Part shown: positions 17,583-27,183 of the stretch, piece by piece | Position numbering within the stretch: position 1 is the stretch's first letter | Layout of the letters: every line of letters begins with the position of its first letter | Origin: an uncultured Gemmatimonadales bacterium | Lineage (GTDB): Bacteria > Gemmatimonadota > Gemmatimonadetes > Gemmatimonadales > GWC2-71-9 | DNA: 64,000 nucleotides | Reading direction: 5' to 3' | NCBI GenBank assembly: GCA_963771275.1 | Contig: CAVYSW010000003.1 | Location: 640,001 to 704,000 of the forward strand | Position numbers and translations under genes: made by a program | The notes under the pieces: generated by a model | Told to the model about the DNA's origin: nothing | What the model saw: only the letters and a program-made list of their open reading frames with translations | The model's database searches: none

Positions 17583-19763
17583 TTAGCTCCCCGGCCGATA
17601 CTTCGCCACCAGCTGCGCCGCGATGTCCACCTCCGTGAACGCCACCTTCTTGGTCTGCCCGTTCACGAACATCGCCGTCTGGTCGGTGTGGTGCGGCGAG
17701 TCCGGCCGATTGCTCTCACCGTAGGCCAACACGGAATACGCCCGCGGGCCGTCCTTGCCGAACTCGACCGCGAGCACCCAGCCGTCGCCGCCTGAGACCA
17801 CGCGCTTGCCGTCCGGCGCGTCCTCGAACCAGAACACCCGGAAGCAGCCGTCCCCGCCGGCGCAGCCGTTGGCGGGAAGGTCGACGTCGCCCACCCGCAC
17901 GCGGTGCGCGTCACCCCAGGTGACGTCCCAGCCCCCGAACCGGCGCTTGGTCTCGTCCATCGCCCAGGTGAACAGCCGCGCGGCGCGGTCCGGATCGGCC
18001 AGCCCGTCCGGCGTGGTGGTGGGCTCCGCGGAAGTCCATGGCTTCGCGTACAGCGCACTCGCGCGGGCGGCGCTCGAGCGGCGCGGGCCGGGATCATCGG
18101 GCCGGAGATAGCGCTCGAACCACGTCTCGAACAGCGTGCTCCCGCGCGTCTCAGACGCCACCGTGTTGTCCCACTGCTCGAGCGACTGGACGGCATCCGG
18201 CACTTCGCCCGTGGGGTTGGTGGCCTTGACCGCCGTGAGGAGATCGTCCTTGAACCGCTCGGCCGCCATCATCCGCGGGCTGAACTTGAGCCGGATGACG
18301 TCTTCCAGGCTCATCTTCTTCATCTCGGTCACGAGCGAGAGACTCAGCTGGCTGCGCAAACCCAGCGCCGGGCGGGAGAAGGTGGCGGGGAACCTGGTCG
18401 AGTCGAAGATCGCGTTGAGATTGGTATAGTAGAACGGGTCATTGGCGTTCTGGAGATAGCCGCCCTTGGGGTTCAGCAGCTGGGGCAATTGCTCGAACGG
18501 CACGATCTCCGTCCAGATGTCCGCCGAGCGGTGGGCAGGGATCGCGGCGGTGTCTCCGCCGGACGGTCCGGGAAGCTTGGGGATCGTCCCGTTCCACACA
18601 TAGAAGATGTTCCCGGCGCGATCGGCGTACGTGAGGTTCTGCTCCACGTGCGCCCGCATCCGCATGGCGGCTTTCCATTCGTCGAGGTTGTGCGCCTGCA
18701 TCATCCGCAGGAACTGCTCCGTCTTGCGGTACTCGCCCCACTCGGCCGAGCGGATGACGTAGATCTTCCCTTTCCCGCGCTCGATCACGGGCCCGAGCGG
18801 CGTGCGCCAGAACTCGCGCGTCTCGGTGGACAGCCCGTCGCCGTTCTTCCACGCGACCGTCACCTCGACCCGCTCCAGTGGCACCGAGCCGCCGTCGAAC
18901 AGGTAGTGATCGGACTGGTCGGGATCCACGTCGAGCGCGTAGATCTCTTCCACGTCCACGTAGTTGTTCGTGGTGGCCCAGCCGAGGTTCTCGTTGAAGC
19001 CGCCGTTGAAGTAGAGCGGATAGCCGATCCGGAAATCGCCGTAGAAGTTGATCACGCCGGGAACCGTGAGGTGCGCCTCGTAGTAGCCCGCCTGCCAGTT
19101 GAGGTGCGGGTTGCGCATCAGGATCGCCCGGCCCGACGTCGTGCGGCTCGGCGCGAACGCCCAGGCGTTGGAGCCGGCCCCGAGCGCGCGCAGCGAGTCG
19201 GCCCGCGCGCGGCGCTCTGCCGTGAGCCGGCGCAGGAAGCCGCGCGATGCCGGCTCGACCGTCTCGTCGGTCCATGCCGCCGCGACGTCCTGCGGCGTGA
19301 ACTGCGGGAGCTTCCAGCCGGCGAACTCGTCGGGATGTGTTGCGACGTAGCGGTTCGTTCCCGCCGCGAACCCCTCGCACAGATCGCGCGTGTCCTGGTG
19401 CAGCAGCTGGTAGGTCTCCACCACGCGCTGATGCGTCTGCCGGAACGAGAAGTCCGACTCAATCGAGTCGCGGCCGAACACGGTCGCCAGCTCGCCGCGG
19501 CCGCGCAGCAGGTTCACCACCAGCCGCGAGCCGTAGTCCTCGAGCTGCACCCAGGCGAGCCCGTAGCCCACAGCCGCGAGATCTTGGGCGAGGATGTGCG
19601 GGATGCCGTACGCCGTGCGCCGGATCTCCACGCGCTCGGGGTAGGGCTTGGTCTCCTGAGCCCCCGCGGAGGAGGCCGCGAGAAGAACCACGGCGATCGC
19701 GAGTGTCGTGCGATCCCAGGGGCTATTGCCAACCGAGCGATGTATGAGCCGGATGCGAGGCAT
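17583..19763 (-). CDS. Penicillin acylase family Ntn-hydrolase (S45)
   Basis: YGIPHI, GSNAWA nucleophile site, NPHL, WATTNN, YADRAGNI and QNAND. Confidence 0.93.
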   Translation of the reverse strand: MPRIRLIHRSVGNSPWDRTTLAIAVVLLAASSAGAQETKPYPERVEIRRTAYGIPHILAQDLAAVGYGLAWVQLEDYGSRLVVNLLRGRGELATVFGRDSIESDFSFRQTHQRVVETYQLLHQDTRDLCEGFAAGTNRYVATHPDEFAGWKLPQFTPQDVAAAWTDETVEPASRGFLRRLTAERRARADSLRALGAGSNAWAFAPSRTTSGRAILMRNPHLNWQAGYYEAHLTVPGVINFYGDFRIGYPLYFNGGFNENLGWATTNNYVDVEEIYALDVDPDQSDHYLFDGGSVPLERVEVTVAWKNGDGLSTETREFWRTPLGPVIERGKGKIYVIRSAEWGEYRKTEQFLRMMQAHNLDEWKAAMRMRAHVEQNLTYADRAGNIFYVWNGTIPKLPGPSGGDTAAIPAHRSADIWTEIVPFEQLPQLLNPKGGYLQNANDPFYYTNLNAIFDSTRFPATFSRPALGLRSQLSLSLVTEMKKMSLEDVIRLKFSPRMMAAERFKDDLLTAVKATNPTGEVPDAVQSLEQWDNTVASETRGSTLFETWFERYLRPDDPGPRRSSAARASALYAKPWTSAEPTTTPDGLADPDRAARLFTWAMDETKRRFGGWDVTWGDAHRVRVGDVDLPANGCAGGDGCFRVFWFEDAPDGKRVVSGGDGWVLAVEFGKDGPRAYSVLAYGESNRPDSPHHTDQTAMFVNGQTKKVAFTEVDIAAQLVAKYRPGS

Positions 19764-19844
19764 CGGGAGTCTCCGAGTCGGACATGACGCCGCGGCGCAC
19801 GTGCGCGGCGGCGATCACAATCTCGCCCCGCGGACACGGAACCC

Positions 19845-20240
19845 TCAAGCCACGCCAGCGATCCGCACGCTCGGATGATGGGTCGCCTGGTCGCGCACGT
19901 AGTCGCTCACCCCTTCCACCACAGCGCTGCTCACCGAGTGGACCATGCATCCGGGCGCCCATTCGAGCTCCGCGCCGCGCCCCGGCTGCCGCTCGCGGTT
20001 CACGCATCTGGCACTGCCGGCTTTGAGATGGTGCAGCAAGCGCGGCAGGAACGTGGTCGGGTGGAGCCGCAGCAGCAGGTGCACGTGGGTGGTGGTGAGC
20101 CCGGCCGCCACGACTCGGCAGCGCTCCCGCCGGGAGACCGCCCGCAGAAAGCGATCGAGCAGCTCAGCTCTGGCGGCATCGATCAGCGGGCGCGCGGCGC
20201 GCGTCCCCCAGGTGACGTGGACATAGAGAAAGTGGCTCAC
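19845..20240 (-). mobile_element. tnpA: IS200-like Y1 (HUH) transposase, stand-alone, possibly degenerate
   Basis: YVHVTWGTR, THVHLL (HUH), LKAGSA and DYVRDQATHH catalytic Tyr; no tnpB; element ends not identified. Confidence 0.75.
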
Positions 20241-20410
20241 GCGATCACGATGGCACCCAGCCTGCCGCCCGCGGCAACCCTTTCCGCGCCCTGCCCGTCA
20301 TTCGAACGCGCCGACGGGCTCTGGCTCGTCGGCCAGGGACGCGGTACCTTCGCGGACACCCAGCGATCCCATGGTTGCGCGTTTCCGGACGAACGATGCA
20401 GGAGACCGCC

Positions 20411-21004
20411 ATGTCCGACCCGCTTCACCCGCAACTCGCCCAACTCGCGGCCGAGCTCCGCACCGCCACCGACCATGCCCGCGCGCTGGCGGCCGGCCTC
20501 GACGAGGAGGGGTTCGCGCGGCGCCCGACGCCGGAGCGCTGGTCCCCGGCGGAATGCCTGGCGCATCTCAACCTCACGACCCGCGCGTTCCTCCCGCTGA
20601 TCGACGAGGCGCTCGAGCGCGCCCGCGCGTCCGGCCGCCAGGCGAGCGGCCGTTATCGCCGCGACCTGGTGGGGTTCCTGCTCGGGCGGAGCCTCGAGCC
20701 GCCGGCACGGTTCCGCATGGCGACCACCGCGCCCTTCGTACCATCGAGCATCGGTGCCCGGGACGCGGTGGTGGGAGAGCTCGTGGTGCTGCAGGAGGAG
20801 CTGATCCGCCGCGTGCAGATGGCATCCGGGCTCGATCTCAACCGGCTGCGTCTCGCCTCGGCGTTCAACCCGCGGATCAAGTACAACCTGTTCTCGTGTT
20901 TCCACGTGCTGGCGGCGCACGAGCGGCGGCATTTGTGGCAGGCGGAAGGAGCCGCAGACGCCGCTGATGCGGACACCGCTGAATTGGGCACCGCTTTCGC
21001 CTAA
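20411..21004 (+). CDS. DinB family protein
   Basis: WSPAECLAHL and AHERRHLWQA His motifs; AGGAG RBS. Confidence 0.88.
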   Translation: MSDPLHPQLAQLAAELRTATDHARALAAGLDEEGFARRPTPERWSPAECLAHLNLTTRAFLPLIDEALERARASGRQASGRYRRDLVGFLLGRSLEPPARFRMATTAPFVPSSIGARDAVVGELVVLQEELIRRVQMASGLDLNRLRLASAFNPRIKYNLFSCFHVLAAHERRHLWQAEGAADAADADTAELGTAFA

Positions 21005-23442
21005 TGCTCCCGCGCGAGCCGCCGTGCCTCACGCCGCAGCTCGCGCGCGAGGTCGCGGATCAGGTCGCGGGCATCGCCTACGTTCGCCTCATCCAGCAGC
21101 TCGCGCACGCCGCTCCAGTTCAGATCCTGGAATTGATCGAGCCGGGCAAGCCAGCGCGCGGGCCCCCAGGACGCTTCGCACTGCTCGGTGGGCGCCGTCC
21201 CCTCGAGGAACACCTCCTGCTCGCCGCCGCAGCCCCAGCCGGCGCGCAGGCCGGAGGTCGGATCCACTTCCGCGACCTCGATCCCGTCGGGAACCGGGAA
21301 TTCCTCGCCGCCCTCGTCGCCCAGCGCGGTGCGGAGCAACCGCGCCACGATCGGCAGCGCGACCCGCGAGCCGGTGAGCCCGATGCTCTGCGCATCGTCG
21401 TAGCCGACCCACACACCCACCACGAGCGCCGGCGTGTAGGCGATGAACCAGCCGTCCCGCCAGTCGCTCGACGTGCCGGACTTGCCCGCGATGGAGCCCC
21501 AGACTCCCTGCGCGTGAAGCCCCCGCCCCGTCCCCCGCTCCACCGCCCCCTCGAGCGCCGAGGTGACCAGGTAGGTCTCCGCCGGATCGAACACGCGAGT
21601 CGCGGGGCGGGCCGACGCCGGGCTGACCCGGCCGCGCGCATCCACGACCGCAAGCAGCGCGCGCGCGTCGGCGCGCAGCCCACCCGCGGCGAGTACGCCG
21701 TACGCGCGCGTGAGCTCGAGTGGCGTCACCTCGGATGCGCCGAGCGCCAGGCTCGGCACGGCGTGGAGCGGGCTCGTGATGCCGAGCGCCTTGGCCGTCG
21801 CGACGATCCGCTCCGGTCCCACCGCAAGCCCGATCCGGGCGAACGGCACGTTGAGCGACTGCTCGAGCGCCTCCCGCACCGTGACCTGGCCGCGGAACCC
21901 GTTGTCGTAATTGTCCGGCTCCCAGACGCCCGCGGGCGTCTCAACCGCAAGCGGCTCGTCCTCGACCACCGACGCGAGCGTGAACGCCGGCCCGTCGGGC
22001 GTCGTGGAGCGCGCCAGCGCCGTCAGCGCCACGATCGGCTTGAACGCGCTCCCCGGCTGGCGCCGCGCCTGCGTGGCGCGATTGAACTGCGACGCGCCGT
22101 ACTCGCGGCCGCCCACCATCGCGAGGATCTCCCCCGACCGCGGGTCGAGCGCCACCAGCGCCGCCTGGAGCGCCGCCGTGCGTCCCCGCCGCCGAATCCC
22201 GCGCTCGACGCTCGACAGCCCATCCCGCACCGCGCGCTCGGCGGCACGCTGGAGATCGGCATCCAGCGTCGTGAAGACCGCGAAGCCGCGATCGGCCGTC
22301 GCCCACAGCCCTTCCTCACGCATTCGCTCGAGCGCGTAATCCTGGAAGTAGCGCCCCGTCGGCGCCGGTCGCGGGTGCGGGGCCGCGCGCAGCGGGGAAC
22401 GGGCCGCATTCTCCGCCGCGCGCCGGTCGATCCGCCCCTGCTCCGCCATGAGCCGCAGCACGAGATCGCGCCGTTCCCGCGCGGTGTCCGGGTTTCGCAC
22501 CGGCGAGTAGAGGTTCGGTCCGCGGATCATGCCTGCGAGCAGCGCCGCCTCGGCGACGCTCAGGTCGCCTACATTCTTCCCGAAGTAGAACTGCGCCGCG
22601 CGGCCCACCCCCTTGATCGCGAGCGCGCCGTCCTGGCCGAGATAGATCTCGTTGAGGTAGGCCTCGAGGATCTGCGTCTTGGAGTAGCGCGCCTCGAGCG
22701 CCAGGGCGCTCGCCGCTTCGCGCAACTTGCGCAGCGGCGAGCGCCGCGCCGAGAGGTACAGGTTCCGGGCGAGCTGCTGGGTGATGGTGCTGCCGCCCTC
22801 GGCCACCCGGCGCGCCCGCACGTTGGCGAGCGCCGCGCCGGCAACCCGCCGGAAATCGATGCCGCCGTGCGCGAAGAAGCGCTGGTCCTCGACCGCGAGT
22901 ACCGCCTGGACCAGGCGATCCGGCACGTCGGCCAGCCGGACGGGAACCCGGTCCTCGGCGTCGCCATCCAGCGCCGTACCGATCGGCTCGGGCTCGAGCA
23001 CCACCCGATCGAGTCGATCGCCCTTGGCGTCCGTAAGGCGCCGCACGGCACCGTTCCAATCCAGCCGGATCACGACCAGGCCGCCGGGCTCGGGCCCATC
23101 GGGCCCGACGAACGGCCGCCGCCCGATGCGCCACTCGTCGTCGCCCAGCCGATACTCGCCGGGATCGATTTCACCGCGCGCAGCCCGATAGCCCAGCCGG
23201 TCGAGGGCGCCTCGCACCCGGTCCGCGCTCACCGTAGCCCCCGGCTCCAGCACCAGCGGTCGCGCGAAGAGCCGTGTCGGCGCGCGGGCCGCGGGCGGGT
23301 CGAGCCGGGCGCGGAGCAGCGCCTCGCCGATCACGGCGGCACCCGCGAGCGTCGCCGCCGCGACGAGCACGCCGGCGAGCCGCCACCACGGGATGCGCCA
23401 TCCGGCTGATCGGCGCGCCGGAGCTGGATTCGGAAGGTCCAT
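21001..23442 (-). CDS. mrcB: Class A penicillin-binding protein (PBP1B-like)
   Basis: TM anchor, UB2H-like insert, EDQRFFAHGG, GGSTITQQL, RQPGSAFKP (SxxK), SLN and KSG. Confidence 0.88.
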   Translation of the reverse strand: MDLPNPAPARRSAGWRIPWWRLAGVLVAAATLAGAAVIGEALLRARLDPPAARAPTRLFARPLVLEPGATVSADRVRGALDRLGYRAARGEIDPGEYRLGDDEWRIGRRPFVGPDGPEPGGLVVIRLDWNGAVRRLTDAKGDRLDRVVLEPEPIGTALDGDAEDRVPVRLADVPDRLVQAVLAVEDQRFFAHGGIDFRRVAGAALANVRARRVAEGGSTITQQLARNLYLSARRSPLRKLREAASALALEARYSKTQILEAYLNEIYLGQDGALAIKGVGRAAQFYFGKNVGDLSVAEAALLAGMIRGPNLYSPVRNPDTARERRDLVLRLMAEQGRIDRRAAENAARSPLRAAPHPRPAPTGRYFQDYALERMREEGLWATADRGFAVFTTLDADLQRAAERAVRDGLSSVERGIRRRGRTAALQAALVALDPRSGEILAMVGGREYGASQFNRATQARRQPGSAFKPIVALTALARSTTPDGPAFTLASVVEDEPLAVETPAGVWEPDNYDNGFRGQVTVREALEQSLNVPFARIGLAVGPERIVATAKALGITSPLHAVPSLALGASEVTPLELTRAYGVLAAGGLRADARALLAVVDARGRVSPASARPATRVFDPAETYLVTSALEGAVERGTGRGLHAQGVWGSIAGKSGTSSDWRDGWFIAYTPALVVGVWVGYDDAQSIGLTGSRVALPIVARLLRTALGDEGGEEFPVPDGIEVAEVDPTSGLRAGWGCGGEQEVFLEGTAPTEQCEASWGPARWLARLDQFQDLNWSGVRELLDEANVGDARDLIRDLARELRREARRLAREH

Positions 23443-23755
23443 CGGTCGTTACCCCTTCTTGCCTAGACGCGCGAGCCCGCCGAATGGTTTCGCGGGCCCG
23501 TACTTCCGCTTCTTGTCGCCCTCGCGCGACAGCACGCGCCGAGTAGCCGCTCTCAGCGGCTTCCTGGAAGCGAAGCTGTCGCGCACAGCCCCCGATGATC
23601 GGGTCGCCTGTCGCGTCCCTAAAATGCTGCCAAGGCAGCCACTCGGCCCGAGCTGCCCGGTGAGACGGGCCTCGCCCCCCTGGACCTCCGCGGCGCGACC
23701 CGGCATGTTGCACGCAGCGCTCATCGCACGTGATCCCGCTTGAGGAGGCGCAGGG

Positions 23756-23929
23756 ATGTCCAAGAGTGACGACAAGAAGCTCGCAGCGCTGGTGCGGAAG
23801 AACGCCGCCAAGGCGGCGAAGGCCAAAGCCAAGACCCGCCGAAGGTACGACGAGACGCTGCCGCCCGCCACCGACGACGACGAGGAGCGGCATCGGTTCT
23901 TTGCGGAGATGAAGAAGCGCGAGTTCTGA
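23756..23929 (+). CDS. Small charged hypothetical protein (57 aa; not in ORF track)
   Basis: GAGGAGG RBS; MSKSDDKKLAALVRKNAAKAAKAKAKTRRRYDETLPPATDDDEERHRFFAEMKKREF; host-like codon usage; stop 15 nt before the next gene. Confidence 0.75.
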   Translation: MSKSDDKKLAALVRKNAAKAAKAKAKTRRRYDETLPPATDDDEERHRFFAEMKKREF

Positions 23930-23944
23930 CCCACGGAGATTGTC

Positions 23945-24238
23945 ATGCCGGCGTACGTGATCGCGGACATCCGGGTCGCCGACCCCGTCCGCTTCGAGGA
24001 GTACAGGCGGCTCGCGGCCGCGTCCATCGCCCAGTACGGCGGCAAGTACATCGCCCGGGGCGGCAAGTCCGCCAAGCTCGAAGGTGAGTGGACGCCGAAC
24101 CGGCTGGTGATTCTCCAGTTCGAGAGCTACGAGCGGGTGAAGCAGTGGTACGACTCGCCGGAATACCGGCCCGCCATGGAGCTGCGCCGCACGATCGCGA
24201 GCTCGAACCTCGTTCTACTGGACGGAATGCCGGCCTGA
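23945..24238 (+). CDS. DUF1330 domain protein
   Basis: MPAYVIA, YGGKYIARGG, LEGEW and WYDSPEY. Confidence 0.92.
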   Translation: MPAYVIADIRVADPVRFEEYRRLAAASIAQYGGKYIARGGKSAKLEGEWTPNRLVILQFESYERVKQWYDSPEYRPAMELRRTIASSNLVLLDGMPA

Positions 24239-25290
24239 CGTCCGCCACCACCCGGGCCATCCGGATCGAGCGCCACGGTCCGCCCGAGGCGCTCGTGGAG
24301 CGCGGGATCCCGCTTGCCGAGCCCGGCCCCGGCGAAGTTGGGATCCGGGTCCTGGCCGCGGGCATCAACTTCGCCGACCTGCTCATGCGGGTCGGCCTCT
24401 ACGACACCGTCCCACCACGCCCGTTCAGCCCCGGCTTCGAGATCGCCGGCGAGATCTCCCGGGTCGGTCCGGGCGCGGATGGCTGGCGCGAAGGCGACCG
24501 CGTGGTCGCCCTGCTGCGCTACGGCGGCTACGCGCGCGACGTGGTCGTGCCGGTGCGTCAGGTGTTCCGCTACCCCGCGTCGCTCACGCCCGTGCAGGCG
24601 GCGGCCGTTCCCGTCGTGTTTCTCACCGCCCGCATCTGCCTCATCGAAATGGGCAACGCGCGGCCCGGCGAGGTGGTGCTGATCCTCAACGCCGGCGGCG
24701 GCGTGGGCACCGCCGCGGTGCAGCTCGCGGTGCGCCGCGGCCTCCGCGTGATCGGGACGGCGGGCGACGCACGCAAGCGGACCTTCGTCACCGAGCAGCT
24801 CGGCGCCGCAGCCTGCTTCGACTCGCGGGTGGACTTCGAGGGCCCGGTCCGCGCGCTCGTGGGACCGCGGGGCGTGGACCTGGCGCTCGATGCCGTCGGC
24901 GGCCACGCCACCGCCGCGTGCCGCCGGCTACTCGCACCGCTCGGGCGGCTCGTGTTTTACGGGCTGAGCGACGCGCTGCCGAAGCGCACGCGCAGCTGGC
25001 GGCGGGCTGCGTGGGCCTGGCTCCGCACGCCGCGGTTCCATCCCCTGTCGCTGATCCAACCGAGCATCGGCGTGCTCGGCGTGCACCTGCTGCATCTCGC
25101 CGCCAAGGAAGCGATCCTCCGGCCTGCGCTGGAGGACATCTTTCGCGCCGTGGTCGCCGGCGAGATCCGTCCCGTCGTGGACCGCACGTTCCCGCTGGAC
25201 GGGCCCGGCGCGGTCGCGGCTCACCGCTATCTCCACGAGCGGCGCAACCTCGGCAAGGTGGTGCTGGCCGCCGGCGCGCCGGCGGCGTGA
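24235..25290 (+). CDS. MDR-family NADPH:quinone oxidoreductase (VAT-1-like); start uncertain
   Basis: GINFADL, PGFEIAG, AGGGVGTAAVQL and RNLGKVVL. Homology begins at a CTG overlapping the upstream TGA. Confidence 0.88.
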   Translation: MTSATTRAIRIERHGPPEALVERGIPLAEPGPGEVGIRVLAAGINFADLLMRVGLYDTVPPRPFSPGFEIAGEISRVGPGADGWREGDRVVALLRYGGYARDVVVPVRQVFRYPASLTPVQAAAVPVVFLTARICLIEMGNARPGEVVLILNAGGGVGTAAVQLAVRRGLRVIGTAGDARKRTFVTEQLGAAACFDSRVDFEGPVRALVGPRGVDLALDAVGGHATAACRRLLAPLGRLVFYGLSDALPKRTRSWRRAAWAWLRTPRFHPLSLIQPSIGVLGVHLLHLAAKEAILRPALEDIFRAVVAGEIRPVVDRTFPLDGPGAVAAHRYLHERRNLGKVVLAAGAPAA

Positions 25291-25353
25291 TCCCGAGGGC
25301 TGGCGGACCGCGGGCCGCGGCAGGATGTTGATGGGGTCGGACAGGGAGGCACC

Positions 25354-25569
25354 ATGACGCACCCGGCGACCCACGTACTCGGCATCGCGAGTCATTCTTT
25401 CCGCACGAGGCTGATCCGCGTCTTCGATCGAGTCCGGCTCCGGGTCGCGCGCGCGCGCGCGGCGCTCCGCAGGATGGATCAGCCGACCGCGATGCTGATC
25501 TTCGCCGTCGCGGTAGCGCTGCTGGTCGCCTATTTCCTGAGCGTCACACCCATCTCCCGGCGTCACTGA
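25354..25569 (+). CDS. Small hypothetical membrane protein
   Basis: GGGAGG RBS; one C-terminal hydrophobic helix; fits between co-oriented genes. Confidence 0.55.
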   Translation: MTHPATHVLGIASHSFRTRLIRVFDRVRLRVARARAALRRMDQPTAMLIFAVAVALLVAYFLSVTPISRRH

Positions 25570-25600
25570 TCTTGAGCGGTGCGCGGCGAGGAGATCCGCC

Positions 25601-26176
25601 ATGTCTACCGATTTCCTGAACGGTCGCGTCCACGTCGTCGTCGGCGACATCACGCACGAGCCGGTGGACGCGATCGTGAACGCCGCGAACTCGTCGCTGA
25701 TGGGCGGGGGCGGCGTGGACGGGGCCATTCACCACGCCGGGGGCCCGGAGATTCTCGCCGCCTGCAGACGGATCCGGCAGGAGGAGCTCCCGAACGGCCT
25801 GCCGACCGGCGAGGCCGTCATCACGACCGGCGGCTGGCTGCCGGCGAAGCACGTGATCCACACGGTGGGCCCAGTCTACGGACGAAACGCCGGCCGCGAT
25901 GCCGAGCTGCTCGCCTCCTGCTATCGGCGGTCGCTCGAGGTGGCCGTCGAGCACGGGCTCGAGACCATCGCGTTCCCCGCCATCTCGACCGGGATCTACG
26001 GCTACCCGCCCGAAGAGGCGGCGGGGGTCGCGTCGCAGACGATCGAGGCGTTTCTCAATCGTCGGCGCACGATCCGCGAGGTGCGGCTCGTGTTCTTCTC
26101 CACGCGGGATGCGCAGGTCTTCCGGGCCCACCAGCGGTTTGCCGGCTCCTGGAGCCGACATTCATCCAGACCTTAA
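25601..26176 (+). CDS. Macro domain O-acetyl-ADP-ribose deacetylase (YmdB-like)
   Basis: GDIT, AIVNAANSSLMGGGGVDGAIH, VIHTVGP and AFPAISTGIYGYP. Confidence 0.93.
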   Translation: MSTDFLNGRVHVVVGDITHEPVDAIVNAANSSLMGGGGVDGAIHHAGGPEILAACRRIRQEELPNGLPTGEAVITTGGWLPAKHVIHTVGPVYGRNAGRDAELLASCYRRSLEVAVEHGLETIAFPAISTGIYGYPPEEAAGVASQTIEAFLNRRRTIREVRLVFFSTRDAQVFRAHQRFAGSWSRHSSRP

Positions 26177-26229
26177 GGAATCCTGAACGAACCCGTCGCA
26201 GAATATGGGCTGACGCACCGGGAGGGATT

Positions 26230-27183
26230 CTGCAGGCTGGGACGCTCACCACCGGCGTGGTGTTCGACATCCGCCGGTTCTCGATCCACGACGGACCGGG
26301 CATCCGCACCACGGTCTTCCTCAAGGGCTGCCCGCTGCGCTGCTGGTGGTGCCACAATCCCGAGGGCCTGTCGGCGGCGCCCGAGGTCGTGTGGCGCGCC
26401 GAGCGCTGCTCGCGTTGCGGCACGTGCATCGCGATTTGCCCGGAAGGCGCGCTCTCCTGGGATGGTGAGACCCCGCTGCTCGACCAGACCCGCTGCACGC
26501 TGTGCGGTCTGTGCGCCGACCAGTGCTACGCCGAGGCGCGGGAGCTGCTCGGCCGCGCGATGACCCCCGAGCAGGTGCTCGCGGAGCTCGAGCGCGACCG
26601 GATGTTCTACGACGAGTCGGGCGGCGGCGTGACGTTCTCCGGCGGCGAGCCGCTTGCTCAACCCGAGTTTCTCCTGGAGCTGCTGCGCGGCTGCCGCGAG
26701 CGCGGGATGCACACGGCCGTGGATACGTGCGGCCACGCGTCCCGCGAGACCGTGGACCGGATCCGGCCGCATGTGAGCCTGTTTCTCTACGATCTCAAGC
26801 TGCTGGACGACGACCGGCACCGGCGGTACACGGGCGTCTCCAATGCGCTGGGGCTCGCGAACCTCCGTGCGCTGGTAGCCGCGGGACACGCCATCGTGGT
26901 GCGGGTGCCGCTGATCCCCGGCGTGAACGATGGTGACGAGAGCGTGCGGCGCATCGGCGCCTTCCTCACGGAGCTGGGGCGCCCGTTCCCCGTCGTGATT
27001 CTCCCGTATCATTCATTGGGCGCGGCCAAGTACGGCAGGCTCGGCCGGGAGTACCGGATGGCGGAAACGCGGATCAGCGAGGAGCGAGTCGCCGCCGCGA
27101 CGATCGTGCTGCGCGGGTTCGGGTTGCAGGTGGATGTGATGGGAAACGGTAGCACGGCACGGAACCACGGGATGGCATCATGA
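26230..27183 (+). CDS. Glycyl-radical enzyme activating protein (radical SAM with ferredoxin insert); start uncertain
   Basis: HDGPGIRTTVFLKGCPLRCWWCHNPE, two CxxCxxCxxxC clusters and GGVTFSGGEP. Start is CTG 26230 after GGAGG, or GTG 26257. Confidence 0.93.
   Translation: MQAGTLTTGVVFDIRRFSIHDGPGIRTTVFLKGCPLRCWWCHNPEGLSAAPEVVWRAERCSRCGTCIAICPEGALSWDGETPLLDQTRCTLCGLCADQCYAEARELLGRAMTPEQVLAELERDRMFYDESGGGVTFSGGEPLAQPEFLLELLRGCRERGMHTAVDTCGHASRETVDRIRPHVSLFLYDLKLLDDDRHRRYTGVSNALGLANLRALVAAGHAIVVRVPLIPGVNDGDESVRRIGAFLTELGRPFPVVILPYHSLGAAKYGRLGREYRMAETRISEERVAAATIVLRGFGLQVDVMGNGSTARNHGMAS

Noticed and set aside
21004..23409. Long antisense ORFs (also 27009-29444, 9681-11612, 17904-19787, 54447-56411, 58824-60959)
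   Set aside because: These are stop-poor shadow frames of clear genes in high-GC DNA, with no recognisable motifs.
25579..27183. 534-aa ORF as an extended activase or macro-domain fusion
   Set aside because: The N-terminal ~217 aa are an off-frame shadow of the macro-domain gene; activase homology starts at about 26245.
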